Shown: positions 40,797 through 53,809 of the stretch, piece after piece
How the letters are laid out: each line of letters starts with the position of its first letter
How positions within the stretch are numbered: position 1 is the first letter of the stretch
Notes under the pieces: model-generated
Database searches by the model: none
What the model was told of the DNA's origin: nothing
What the model saw: the letters and a program-made list of their open reading frames with translations, nothing else
Program-made: the position numbers and the translations under genes
NCBI GenBank assembly: GCA_002269645.1
Contig: NIVC01001808.1
Coordinates: forward strand, 130,383 to 194,382
From: Macrostomum lignano
Lineage: Eukaryota
Direction: 5' to 3'
Length of the DNA: 64,000 nucleotides

Positions 40797-41860
40797 CTGG
40801 AATAGGGGAATGCGATTAAATATATTTCAGTTTGAGTCAGTTCATATAAAAAATGAACAAACTTTCTATACAAACTAATATTATTATGATTACTTAAAAA
40901 TGCTAATAATATCGTCTAAGCTAAGACAGCAAACTTGATGTTGATTGTTGTGAATTGTGAAATATCTTCACGAGGGGAGCCAGATACAGAGTCAGAGGCA
41001 ATACTATAGAGACAATCATAATATATATGGAATCTTGCCCACTAGATCTTTCAAACTAAAAACACATTAACAATGTACTGGTGCCATTTAAATTAGAGTT
41101 ATTTTGTAAATTAAATTCTTTTGCTATTTATTTAAATCCTTCTTTCATAAATAAAATATTATACAATATACTATTAGAAAAACTAGCAGAAAAGAATATA
41201 AATAAATAGGCCTAGAATTCTTAAAAAACACAAGATTATTGAAATCTTTTAAAACTTTGCAATAGGCCTAGGGTGGCCCATGGGCCACATGCAGCTTACA
41301 AAGCCTTTCTATATAGCCTTCAGTTCTTTTGAGGCTTAAAATTAATAATCTAGCCTATTCAATGTTTCTATCTTTTCTCTTCTTTCTTTCCCTTTTTTCT
41401 TTTTGTCTTATTTCTTCAGCTTTATTCCTTACTTTACATTTCTCCTATTTTTTCTTTATTCCCTTTCCTTTCGATTTCTCTATTCTACAATCATATATTA
41501 AGTTCTCTATTTAGCCTTTAAGATAAAAATTTGCTAATCCTTAGCTTAGGGCTAAGGGTTCAAATAAGATTTTAAAAGTTTTTTATACTATTTTGTATAT
41601 TACTATATATAAGTCCTATTTGCCTAAGTTTTTATAGTTTTTATATATAATAGATAAAAATAAATCTACTATAGCTAAAACAACTAAAACCTTTATAATA
41701 TTGCCTAAAATGTAGGTGCTAACAAAATTGTCAAATGGCTAGAGTCTGACTAAGATAGGAAAAATCTGGTTGGGCGAGATTGGGTGAGATTGGATTCATA
41801 AAATTCAGGACTTGGGATTGGTTGAGATTGGGATCAAGGTCTACCATTTGCATTTAGACT

Positions 41861-43916
41861 TACAAAGGTTATGTCATAAATTTGCTGACAAACTTACATA
41901 GTATCTGTTTCTTTTGTACTTTGGGACAGAATTTTTGTTACAGACTAAGGCTTTATCAATCTTATTGTCTATGGAAAATCTTTCCTCTGGCTTTTGAGAT
42001 AAGGCAGAAATTGAGTGGCATTCAAACCACCCTTCTAGCCAGTATGGAGAAAAGTGAAGCTACCAAGCGCACTGCCATTTGGTCATTGTGGAAGCAGCAG
42101 AAGAAGCAGGCTAATATTTACCGCGAGCGGCTGCAAATCTTTGGTGAAGATGCACCTTCGAAACAAACTGTGTCAAAGTGGGTGCAGCCCTTTGAGGATG
42201 GCTGGGAGACAGTTTATGATGCTCCCTGCACAGGTTCACTGCAGTCATCCACTTTCAGTGACAATATCTAGCGTGTGCAGCATGCCCTGAACAATGATTA
42301 TGGAGCAACCCTGAGGTAGTTAAAGGACTTGTTGGCAATACCAATGAAGAACATTCATCACATCATCTCTGACCATCTGCATATGACACGAGTTGTTGCA
42401 CAATGGGTCCCTAAACTGCTGACTCCTGTCCAACTGCAAGAAAGGGTCCAGATATGCCGCCACCTGCTCAATGCTAGTGATAGATCAAAATTTGATTTTG
42501 ATTTCGATATTCCAAATTTTGAAACTAATTTTGCATTGCAATAACTTTGATTTTGATTTCAAATTTCGACACCATTCATCAAAAATCATTTCAAAATATT
42601 GGTTATATTTTAACAATTTAGACATTGATGATCATGCTACACGATTAAGAAAATCTATAGGAAGTGAAAGGAAGCGCAGTTCAAAGACTCAGTGGGGAGG
42701 TGAGAATCACCTTTTCTATAAGAAAAGATTGTGCAGGGCACACACTGTTCCAGGCCTTGTGCTGCACCCACCTCAACCTCCACAAGCCCACTGGCTGAAC
42801 TCATTGGCGTGGATTTTAATTGGCTAAAGACTTAAAGCCTTAATGAAATGGATATAGGCTACTCATATCTAGATCTTCAGCTTAAACAGTGGTGAAGTAT
42901 AATACAACTTCTACTGTATTTTTATGTACGAGTTTATAATACATAATACACTAGCATTTTCTATTTTGTATTTTTAAAGTAAGTTAAATCTAAAGTATTC
43001 TGGTTTAAACATATTAAAGATACTTTTTATAAAACATATAAGCTCTACAGAGGCAAGGTGTTAACCTTTTTGCATGATTAGCGAAAAAGTAAAAATTTGT
43101 TAAGCTCTAAAAATTTCAATTTTGATTTCAATTTTGATTCTAAGGAACCAAAAATTTTGTTTTCGATTTTGATTTGAAAAATAATTTTGATCCATCATTA
43201 CTCAATGCCTATCAAAACAAGCCCAACTTTCTTGGCCGCCTGGTGACTAATAATGAAATGTGGTTTCACTTCTATGAACTGGAAACGAAACAGCAGAGCA
43301 GCATCTGGAAGGCTACTCACGAACTCCCACTGGTCAAGGCCAAGGTGGTGCAGTCAGCAGGTAAGCACATGGCCACGGTGTTCTGGGACAGAGAAGGCAT
43401 CTTGTTAATCGAGTGGCTACCTGAAGGCAGAACCATCAATGCCCAGTACTACTATGAAATATTGGAACGGCTGCATGAGAAGATCAAGAGTGAGTGCCGA
43501 GAAAGGATCACCAGGGGCACTGTGCTGCAGCAGGACAACGCTAGGCTGCATACTTGCAATGCAACTATAGATGTCATCAGGAGACTAGGCTTCGAGTTGC
43601 TGCCTTACCCTGCCTATTCTCCTAAACTGGCCCCTAGTGACTATTGGCTGTTCCTTAAAATGAAAGAGCCTCTTTGTGGCCATTGCTATGGAAGCCTTTT
43701 TGCATCCAGCTTGGCTATCAGCCAGTAGGTATGTGGGACCCCCACAGAATTCTTCACCTAGGGCATCAGCAAGCTCCCAGAGAGATGGCACAAATGTGTG
43801 CAGCTTGGGGATGACTATGTTGAGAAGTGCAATGTTGACAATTAGCTGTTCTTTATTTTGTTTCTTGTTTGTTTGCAGTTTGTAGTTTTTAGTGAATTTA
43901 TGACACAACCCTCGTA
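41861..43916 (+). mobile_element. Decayed mariner (Tc1/mariner) transposon, ~1.32 kb after removing a nested insertion
   Basis: Imperfect TIRs TACAAAGGTTATGTCATAAATT and AATTTATGACACAACCCTCGTA with TA ends. Transposase remnants WVPKLL, TNNEMW, QDNARLH, YSPKLAPSDYWLF, with stops and damaged catalytic Asp residues. Confidence 0.9.
42475..43200. mobile_element. hAT-like non-autonomous element (726 bp) nested in the mariner
   Basis: Perfect 8-bp TSD CTCAATGC (42467-42474, 43201-43208); TIRs TAGTGATAGATCAAAATT and AATTTTGATCCATCATTA. Confidence 0.85.
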
Positions 43917-43920
43917 TTTA

Positions 43921-46900
43921 GGTATAGGACTAGCAATCAGCGCCCCCCGTTGGGGAGCCAAAAAATACAGCACAAGTTTTTGAATAAACTACATATAAGC
44001 GTCTCTTTGCATTATACCTCAGCAACCCCTTGTAAGCCTTGACATGCCAGCAATTCCTCCCCCCCCCCACAAGCCTTAGCATATCAACTCCCCCTTGACA
44101 TCTTAGCAATTCCCCCCATAAGCCTTGAAATCTTAAAAAATCTGTTAACCTTCTAAACCTAACCCTAACCCTAACCCTAACCTTAAAGCATTGACATTTC
44201 AGTAATTCTCTCCGAGAGTCATTATAGCACTACAGCATTATAGCGATTCCCTGCAAGCCTCGACATCGTAGGGATTCCCAAATGAATCTCTTAACTTCGA
44301 CATGAAGCTTCTTTTATTTTTTACATTACACTTTATCTATCAGCGATCCTTCCCGTGAAGAGCCAACAAATAATGAAAACATTTTTCAATAAACTACATC
44401 ATCTACATGTAGCTTGTGAATTTAGCCTTGATATCTCGGTTATTCCCCCGTGAGCCTTGACATCTCAGCTATTCCCCCCGTAAGCCTTGACATGTTAGCG
44501 ATGCCCCCCATAAACCTTGATATCTGAAAAATCCCCTGTTAATCTTGAAACCCGCTAAAATCTAACCCTCAACCCAAACCTGACCTAAACCTAACTTTAA
44601 CCCAACCTAAAGCCTTGAATCTCAGCAATTCTTCTCCCCTAAGCCTTGACATTTTAGTGATTCCTTTTTTAAGAATCACAGCACCATAGCGATTCCCTCC
44701 AAGCCTTGGCATCGTAGCAATTCCCAAATGAATCTTTTAACTTTGACATAATGACTCTTCTTTTATGTACACATAGTGCTTCTTCTCTTTTTTACATGAC
44801 TCTTCTTCTATCAGCGCCCCCTCCCCCGTAGCGAGCCAACAAAGAATGTAATAAAAAATTGAGTAAACTACATGTACTTTGAAGTAGCTTCTGACGTTTG
44901 CTATTTTGCTTCTCTGGCATCTCAGAAACCCCCTCCCCATAATCTCAGTTATTCTCCGTGAGCCTTGACATCTTAGTAATTCTCCCCAGCACAGCACAAT
45001 AGCTTCTTTTAATTTTTACATGACACTTCTTTCATGTCTGACATGACGCTTCTATGATTTCTCAAATGACACTTCCATTAGTTTTTATATGAGGCTTCTA
45101 TGATCTTTTGATGACGCTTCTATGATTTTTTACATGACGCTTCTATGATTGTTTGCATGACGCTTTTATGATTTTTAAATGACGCTTCTATAATTGTTTA
45201 CATGACGCTTCTATGATTGTTTACATGACACTTCTATGATTATTTACAAGACACTTCTATGATTGTTTGCATGACGCTTCTATGATTTTTTCATGACGCT
45301 TTTATGATTTTTACATGACGCTTCTATGATTGTTTACATGACGCTTCTATGATTGTTTATATGACGCTTCTATGATTTTTTTAAATGACGCTTCAATGAT
45401 TGTTTATATGACGCTTTAGTGATTGTTTACATGTCGCTTCGATGATTTTTTACATGACGCTTCTATGATTGTTTACATGACACTTCTATGATTGTTTACA
45501 TGATGCTTCTATGATTGTTTACATGACGCTTCTATGATTTTTTACATGACGCTTCTATGATTTTTTACATGACGCTTCTATGATTGTTTGCATGACGCTT
45601 CTATGATTTTTTCATGACGCTTCTATGATTGTTTGCATGACGCTTCTATGATTTTTTCATGTCGCTTCTATGATTTTTATATGACGCTTCTATGATTGTT
45701 TACATGACGCTTCTATGATTGTTTACATGACACTTCTATGATTTTTATAAGACGCTTCTACGATTTTTTACATGACGCTTCTATGATTCTTTTCATGACA
45801 CTTCTATGATTTTTTACATGACGCTTCTATGATTTTTTCATGACGCTTCTATGATTTTTACATGATGCTTCTATGATTTTTTCATGACGCTTCTATGATT
45901 TTTTACATGACGCTTTTATTATTTTTACATGACGCTTCTATGATTTTTTAAATGACGCTTCTATGATTGTTTATATGACGCTTCTATGATTGTTTACATG
46001 ACGCTTCTATGTTTGTTTACATGACGCTTCAGTGATTGTTTACATGACGCTTCAGTGATTGTTTACATGACACTTCTATGATTGTTTATATGACGCTTCT
46101 ATGATTGTTTACATGACGCTTCTATGTTTGTTTACATGACGCTTCAGTGATTGTTTACATGACGCTTCTATGATTGTTTACATGACGCTTCTATGATTGT
46201 TTACATGACGCTTCTATGATTGTTTACATGACGCTTCAGTGATTGTTTACATGACGCTTCAGTGATTGTTTACATGACACTTCTATGATTGTTTACATGA
46301 CGCTTCTATGATTTTTTACATGACGCTTCTATGATTGTTTACATGATGCTTCTATGATTGTTTATATGACGCTTCTATGATTTTTTTAAAAGACGCTTCT
46401 ATGATTGTTTATATGACGCTTCTATGATTTTTTTAAATGACGCTTCAATGATTGTTTATATGACGCTTCAGTGATTGTTTACATGTCGCTTCAATGATTT
46501 TTTTACATGACGCTTCTATGATTGTTTACATGACACTTCTATGATTGTTTACATGACGCTTCAGTGATTGTTTACATGACGCTTCAGTGATTGTTTACAT
46601 GACACTTTTATGATTTTTACATGATGCTTCTATGATTGTTTACATGACACTTCTATGATTGTTTACATGACGCTTCTATGATTTTTTCATGATGCTTTTA
46701 TGATTTTTACATGACGCTTCAATGATTGTTTACATGACGCTTCTATGATTGTTTATATGACGCTTCTTTGATTTTTACATGACGCTTCTATGATTGTTTG
46801 CATGACGCTTCTATGATTTTTTACATGACGCTTCTATGATTGTTCTACGATTCTTTACATGACGCTTTTATGATTTTTGACATGACGCTTTTATGATTTT

Positions 46901-47520
46901 TACATGACGCTTCTTTTTAAAAAGTCTTTTAGTTTTCCTGACATTGAAAAGGTTTAATTAAAAAAATTCCACTCTATGAAAATTCGAACCACCGTCGCTG
47001 CATTTAGCAGTTCAGTTTGTTCACCTCTAGGCTAGCTCTCATCGTTTTGATAACATCAAATTTTGCACTTATATAATTCAACACTTTAAAATCCAAGCAT
47101 AGAGTAAATCACACGAAGCAGTTATGACATAATCAGTTTCTCAGTCAGTCAGTATCAGTTAACAATATGGTTACGCAATTTAAATCAAGTCTGGTGCTAC
47201 GCTTCCACACTGCATTTTCAATTCAAGTCGGAGTTACAATTCAGTTATGATGCAATCTATTTCAGAATCAGAATTCAACCAGTCAGTTTTTTCTCTAGCA
47301 TTCTTACAATGCATTTCAAGTCGAAAGAGCTGCTTGACCTTTGCAAAAAAGCATGTTTTTTGAATATTTAATGCCTTTAGCATCGAGCAATTTCTTAGCC
47401 ACGATGCATGTACAGTCACGGGAAAATTTCTGATCGAACAGTGCAAGTCTCATGAAAATCGGTCCAGCCATTTTTTTTTCTAATCGATTACAAGCAAGCA
47501 AGATTTTCATTTTTAGTATA
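43921..47520. mobile_element. Composite repeat element, copy 1 (GC-palindromic head, CCCTAA tract, 23-bp satellite, tRNA-like segment, conserved tail)
   Basis: Same module order as 47521-49515; 46915-47500 is near-identical to 48895-49490. Confidence 0.7.
45040..46915 (+). repeat. 22/23-bp satellite (CATGACGCTTCTATGATTGTTTA), ~80 units
   Basis: Direct reading. Confidence 0.96.
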
Positions 47521-49515
47521 TTGGACTAGCAATCTACGCCCCCCGTTGGGGCGCCAAAGAAATGCAATACACATTTTTTAATAAGCTACATATATCCTTG
47601 AAATCTTAAAAAATCTCCTGTCAAACCTTGTAAGCCTTGACATGTCAATAATTCCCCCCCCCCCCACAAGCTTTAACACATCAACTTCCCCCCCTTGACA
47701 TCTCAGCAATGCCCCCAATAAGCCTTGGAAATCTAAAAATATCTGTCAACCTTCTAACCCTAACCCTAGCCTAACCCTAACCCTACCCTAACCCTAACCC
47801 TAACCTAACCCTAAAGCATTGACATTTCAGTAATTCTCTCCGAGAGTCATTATAGCACTACAGCATTATAGCGATTCCCTGCAAGCCTCGACATCGTAGG
47901 GATTCCCAAATGAATCTCTTAACTTCGACATGAAGCTTCTTTTATTTTTTACATTACGCTTTTTTATCAGCGCCCCCCCCATGGCGAGCCAACAAAGAAT
48001 GCAATAAAAAATTGAGTAAAGTACATGAACTTTGAAGTAGCCTCTGACTTTTGCTTTGACATCTCAGAAACCCCCCGTAATCTCAGTTATTCTCTGAGAG
48101 CCTTGACGTCTCAGTAATTCTCCCCAGCACAGCATTATAGCTTCATTTAATTTTTACATGACACCCTTCATGTCTGACATGACGCTTCTTTTATTCTACC
48201 ATGATGCTTCTTAACATTTTAAATGACACTTTCATTACTTTTTAAATGAGGCTTCTATGATTTTTACATGACGCGTCTATGATTTTTTACATGACGCTTC
48301 TATGATTTTTTACATGACGCTTCTATGATTTTTTACATGACGCTTCTATGATTGTTTACATGACGCTTCCATGATTTTTATATGACGCTTCTACGATTTT
48401 TTACATGGCGCTTCTATGATTGTTTACATGACGCTTCTATGATTTTTAAATGAGGCTTCTATGATTTTTTAAATGACACTTCTATGATTGTTTACATGAT
48501 GCTTCTATGATTGTTTACATGACGCTTCTATGATTTTTTACATGACGCTTCTACGATTGTTTGCATGACGCTTCTATGATTTTTTACATGACGCTTCTAT
48601 GATTGTTTACATGACGCTTCTATGATTTTTTAAATGACGCTTCTATGATTTTTATATAACGCTTCTACAATTTTTTACATGTCGCTTCTATGATTGTTTA
48701 CATGATGCTTCTATGATTTTTTAAATGATGCTTCTATGATTGTTTACATGACGCTTCTACGATTCTTTACATGACGCTTCTATGATTGTTTACATGACGC
48801 TTCTATGATTTTTTAAATGACACTTCTATGATTGTTTACATGACGCTTCTATGATTTTTTACATGACGCTTCTACGATTTTTACATGACGCTTCTTTTTA
48901 AAAAGTCTTTTAGTTTTCCTGACATTGAAAAGGTTTAATTAAAAAAATTCCACTCTATGAAAATTCGAACCATCGTTTCTGCATTTAGCAGTTCAGTCTG
49001 TTTACCTCTAGGCTAGCTCTTATCGTTTTGATAACATCAAATTTTGCACTTATATAATTCAACACTTTAAAATCCAAGCATAGAGTAAATCACACAAAGC
49101 AGTTATGACATAATCAGTTTCTCAGTCAGTCAGTATCAGTTAACAATATGGTTACGCAATTTAAATCAAGTCTGGTGCTACACTTCCACACTGCATTTTC
49201 AATTCAAGTTGGAGTTACAATTCAGTTATGATGCAATCTATTTCAGAGTCAGAATTCAACCAGTCAGTTTTTTCTCTAGCATTCTTACAATGCATTTCAA
49301 ATCGAAAGAGCTGCTTGACCTTTGCAAAAAAGCATGTTTTTCGAATATTTAATGCCTTTAGCATCAAGCAATTTCTTAGCCACGATACATGTACAGTCAC
49401 GGGAAAATTTTTGATCGAACAGTGCAAGTTTGAACAAAATCGGTCCAGCCATTTTTTCTCTAATCGATCACATAGATAGATAGACACAGACAGACCATTT
49501 TTAGTATATAGGATG
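47521..49515. mobile_element. Composite repeat element, copy 2, head-to-tail with copy 1
   Basis: Starts GGACTAGCAATCTACGCCCCCCGTTGGGG like 43927; (CCCTAA)n at 47755-47813; ends TTTTAGTATATAGGAT. Confidence 0.7.
48250..48900 (+). repeat. The same 22/23-bp satellite, ~28 units
   Basis: Direct reading. Confidence 0.95.
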
Positions 49516-49586
49516 GCTAAGGATTATTTATAATAGTTGGCATGTATATCAATTAGTATTAGTAGTCATGATATTACTCCCACTAC

Positions 49587-50754
49587 TGTTTTTAAAGATT
49601 GCTTGGCAACACCCTGATTCAGCATCTCTTCAACATTTTCTGAAAATGATTCAATTTTTACATCCCATAAATGTGCCCCGTATCCCAAAAAGACAATGGA
49701 CTAACTCTTACGCATGTTTTAGCTGTAAAATGCCGCATCACGCGTCTAATAAAATACTTTACTTCCTAAATTATTTTCTTTTAAAGTGTGCTTGGCGATT
49801 TGCTTTTTTGAAGGCAAGTCAAGAAACAGCGCATATTTGCTGATGTCAGAACTCGATTTCGCTCTCAAATTAAATGAATTTATAGTTCCATTCTTGCGCA
49901 CATCCCAGCTTTAGAATGACACCATTGAAGCTGAAAAAGAAACAGTATTTCCTGAGATATTCGACTCTAAAGTGTGCTTTGCTTTTGAGTCAATAACGCT
50001 TGACGTTGTATATCAAAATATACGCAAAGAAATTGTGACACCATTTTTTGCTTACGAAACATAAAACTTAACTTGCTCTTTTACGCACGTCCCAGCTTTA
50101 AAATGACACCTTAGGCGTCGCCAAAGACGCTACCATTCGTGAGATATTCGACTCGAAACATTGCTCGGCGTGTATAGACATTTACCTTGAGAAGTCAATT
50201 GCAGTCAATCTTGGCGAAACTTTAATGAAGATATTTGATTTGAAACATTGCTCGCCATTTAGTTTGACAGGTGTGTAAACACAGGTGGAGCACATGCACA
50301 AAGATTGGGAATACATTTGATTTATAAGGTGAATGTCTGTACACGCCGAGCAATGTTTCGAGTCAAATATCTCACGAACGGTGGTGTCTTTGGCAATGCC
50401 TGAGGTGTCATTTTAAAGCTGGGACGTGCGTAAAAAAGCAAGTTAAGTTTTATGTTTTGTAAGCAAAAAATGGTGTCACAATTTCTTGGCATATATTTTG
50501 ACATACAACGTCAAGCATTATTGACTCAAAAGCACAAAAGCAAATTGCCAAGCACACTTTAAAAGAAAATAATTCAGGAAGTAAAGTATTTTATTAGACG
50601 CATGATGCGGCATTTTACAGCTGAAACATGCGTAAGAGTTAGTCCATTGTCTTTTTGGGATACGGGCACATTTATAGGATGTAAAAATTGAATCATTTTC
50701 AGAAAATGTTGAAGAGATGCTAAATCAGGGTGTTGCCAAGCAATCTTTGAAACA
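49587..50754. mobile_element. Foldback/MITE-like element with ~430-bp inverted arms
   Basis: 49590-49810 is the reverse complement of 50525-50754 and 49965-50185 is the reverse complement of 50333-50525; ~145-bp loop; no clear TSD. Confidence 0.8.
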
Positions 50755-52466
50755 ATGCACTTCGTAAAGTTTTTTATTTTATAAAACAAATTTGGGCTTA
50801 TTTGATTGCAAACACATGCGTAAACATCTGCCAAAAATATGGTTCCATTTGGTCCATTTTGTTAAAAGTAGTAGATGATTGTTTTGAATATCTGTCTGAA
50901 TATCTGTCGCAAAACCCTCACATAAATAGAATGAAAATGTAATAGTTAGAAAATTTCAAACCTCAACCTTGCTCTATTTGACTATTGATATATTTTTTGT
51001 ATTAAACTTTTTTTGTTAGTTTAATACTTCCAATAATTTAGCCTATAAATTCTCAAATGCCACCTTAAGTACAAAATCTTGCTTTTCAATTAATTTTTGT
51101 TTGAGTAAGTTAATTCATTTATTCAAGTGACCATTTTCTAGGAAATTAGAATAACCAAACCTCAAACTAAATAAACATTTAAAAAATCAATTTGGTATAT
51201 TTGCCTTATTTAGTCTTTTCATACTCACTTCTAAATGATGTTTATAGTATACTTAAAATGTAAAAACTTTTTATTAATCCTGCCCAACTTTTCCTAACTC
51301 CTGACATTTACTCTTGACATGGTCAAGAATCTGAAAAAAATACCCAGGTCCCAACCAAGTTAGGATCGCAATTAGAATCTTGGTCAGGCTCTAAAACTGG
51401 CCTAGTTGCATAGTAAATTTGTCAATAGGTAAATTTGTCAACTGGTAAATTTCTCAATACAGTACAATAATGTCACTATGTGAAGCTATTTCAGTGCATA
51501 GATAAAATAGATTCATAAAACCAGTGAGCAGAACTATGTCATTTTAATGGTTTTTAGACATTGGCCTAGGCCTATGACATAACAATTGTGACAATTATGA
51601 CAATGCTTTTACTGCTGCCAGATTTTTGCTGGAATGTCCTATTGCTAAGATTTATTGGATACGAGACAATAGGCCTACATATGTAACCCAATAGTTTCCT
51701 AGATGTACAAATGATTAAATATGAGATAGGCCTACAATTATAAAAATAATGAAACTGGGAATCTTCCATGGCAAAAACTAGGGATAGTAATCTTGGGATA
51801 TCTGCAATCTCTTAATCAATTTCAAATTTGATTAGTTTCAATCAATGTAAATCAATCAAAATCAACTCATTTATGCATATATAAATTAAAACTTTATTGG
51901 TTTTGCTTTTGTTTGTATCACTTACTTCTGGCCTATACACTTCATTATATTGCATATTAGTTATATGCTAAGTATCATTATCACTATCAATATCTCATCT
52001 CAATTCTTTCTAAAAAATCTCTTTACTTTCTGTCTCATGTTTTATTTCTTCGAGGAAGTTAAGTCGGCTGGCCGCTGTTAATTGGATCGGCGGCAGTTTA
52101 TCTGCAATTTTAAACGAGAGACTTTTTAAAGTAAAAAATAATACGATAATCAACTAAACAAAAATTAATAAGTAGTCAACGTTAGTTTTTGTTTAAAAAA
52201 ATAGTTAGTTTAAGTCTTAGTGTTGTGGATTTTAAACAATTATATTACCGTTTAATTTAAAGTTTTTAGCTGGAAAAACCGAATAGTAAACTGCCCAGGG
52301 AACTGGGGTAAATACCGGGTATCAAAAACGGGTGCCTCAGGAATAAGAATAATCTAGAGCTAGATTCATGGTGTCAAGTCTCGAAGTATCAGTATCTCAA
52401 CTCCATCTAAACGTCTCAGCATTTCAGTATTTGTAAATTTATATTAAGCTAGGATATTAAGTAATG

Positions 52467-53090
52467 GTCATGCAGTGTAACGTAGGACGTAAAAATCAAA
52501 GATCGAGTATTTTTGGGGGCTAATTTCCTGGATTTCACTGCATGCATGCAGGTACGATCTTAACCGTAAGTTGGGTCTTGGCCTAAAAAATGATAGTTTC
52601 CTAATGACTATAGGTCAACAACAATTTAATATGGGAAATGATATTAGTAAATAAACATTGTCTGCATTTTATTATTTAGACGCATTTTAGACAGTATAGC
52701 TACGCCTTGATGAAACAATATCTACATTAATGGTTTTACGATTACCTGCATGCAACATTTTATTACAATAATACTTGATTCAAGAAGGAAAAAAACTAAA
52801 AGTTCAGCTAATACCACTTGTGAGTAGTTCCAAACTCTGGGATTACGAAATAAAATAAAACAATGTAAAAATGAAACTTCAACTCAACAACCATATAAAA
52901 TATATAGAGTAACATGTTAAGCATGCTTAATTAAAAGAATGGTAATCTACTCTGCCCCAGATGAAATGCAATCATAGATTTTGAGATGAAAAAAATTTCT
53001 CATCTTCTCCAGTGTTATTTTTTTAGGAAATTGGCCTCCTAAAATCTACACGATCTTTGAGTTTACGTCCTGTTACAATACAGTGGTCCT
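52467..53090. mobile_element. Old MITE-like element with ~65-bp imperfect inverted ends
   Basis: AGGACGTAAAAATCAAAGATCG...CTAATTTCCT versus AGGAAATTGG...CGATCTTTGAGTTTACGTCCT. Confidence 0.5.
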
Positions 53091-53419
53091 TGAGTTAAAT
53101 TAGTATGAGAAATATAAAAATTAATAATTACTAGTTACTAATACATAGCTCGTAATTAGTAATGCAATACATGTAACTTTAAACTTATTAATAAAGAAGT
53201 ATTTTTTTTTTTTATGTACGCATTTGTTTTGTATCATACCAAAATCTATCATCTCGGCTCTGTGGTATTGAATTTATTAACAGCAATTTTACGTAGCATG
53301 CGCATATACTGTACACGTACATGTAACTGGTAAGGTGCTAATTCATCTAACGATGTTTAATCAATATTAACAAGCTATTGCAAAATTTAAGACAATGAGG
53401 GGACGTTATCGAAGTATAG

Positions 53420-53809
53420 TCAGAGCAGGGTACATTTATTGAGGCTATACTTCATATGAACGATCTGGTTGCTTCTCTTGTACTCGTCAATGACAAAAGT
53501 CAGCTCTCGGACCAGAACTTGCAGGTTCAGGTTGTCCCTGTACCCGTCAGGCAGTTCGATGGCAGAAAATATTAGCGTGCCGTTCATCTCGATTTCGAAA
53601 GCGTACCACAGGTCCATCTTGGATTCCATGTTAATGTAGAAGTCGCTCAGCAGCATGTGCTCACGGAGCATGCGATATATTTCAAAGTTTTTCTCATTCC
53701 TGATGCAGAATGACACAACAAGCTCGATCCGTTGTTGAGACACGTTTTTTTCTATTTTGAACGTGCTGTGGGTGAAGGAGCAGTAGTTATATAGATTTTT
53801 TGGACGCAT
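53420..53809 (-). CDS. Single-exon orphan ORF, 129 aa, unknown function
   Basis: ATG to TGA ORF that is more GC-rich and codon-like than its AT-rich flanks; AATAAA on minus at 53278-53273. No family recognised. Confidence 0.4.
   Translation of the reverse strand: MRPKNLYNYCSFTHSTFKIEKNVSQQRIELVVSFCIRNEKNFEIYRMLREHMLLSDFYINMESKMDLWYAFEIEMNGTLIFSAIELPDGYRDNLNLQVLVRELTFVIDEYKRSNQIVHMKYSLNKCTLL

Noticed and set aside
41270-41330. hAT-Charlie-like subterminal motif GGCCCATGGGCCACATGCAGC
   Set aside because: Too short, with no partner end or TSD identified.
47755-47813. Telomere ((CCCTAA)n; also 44156-44183)
   Set aside because: Only 4-9 imperfect units, internal, and part of a dispersed element.
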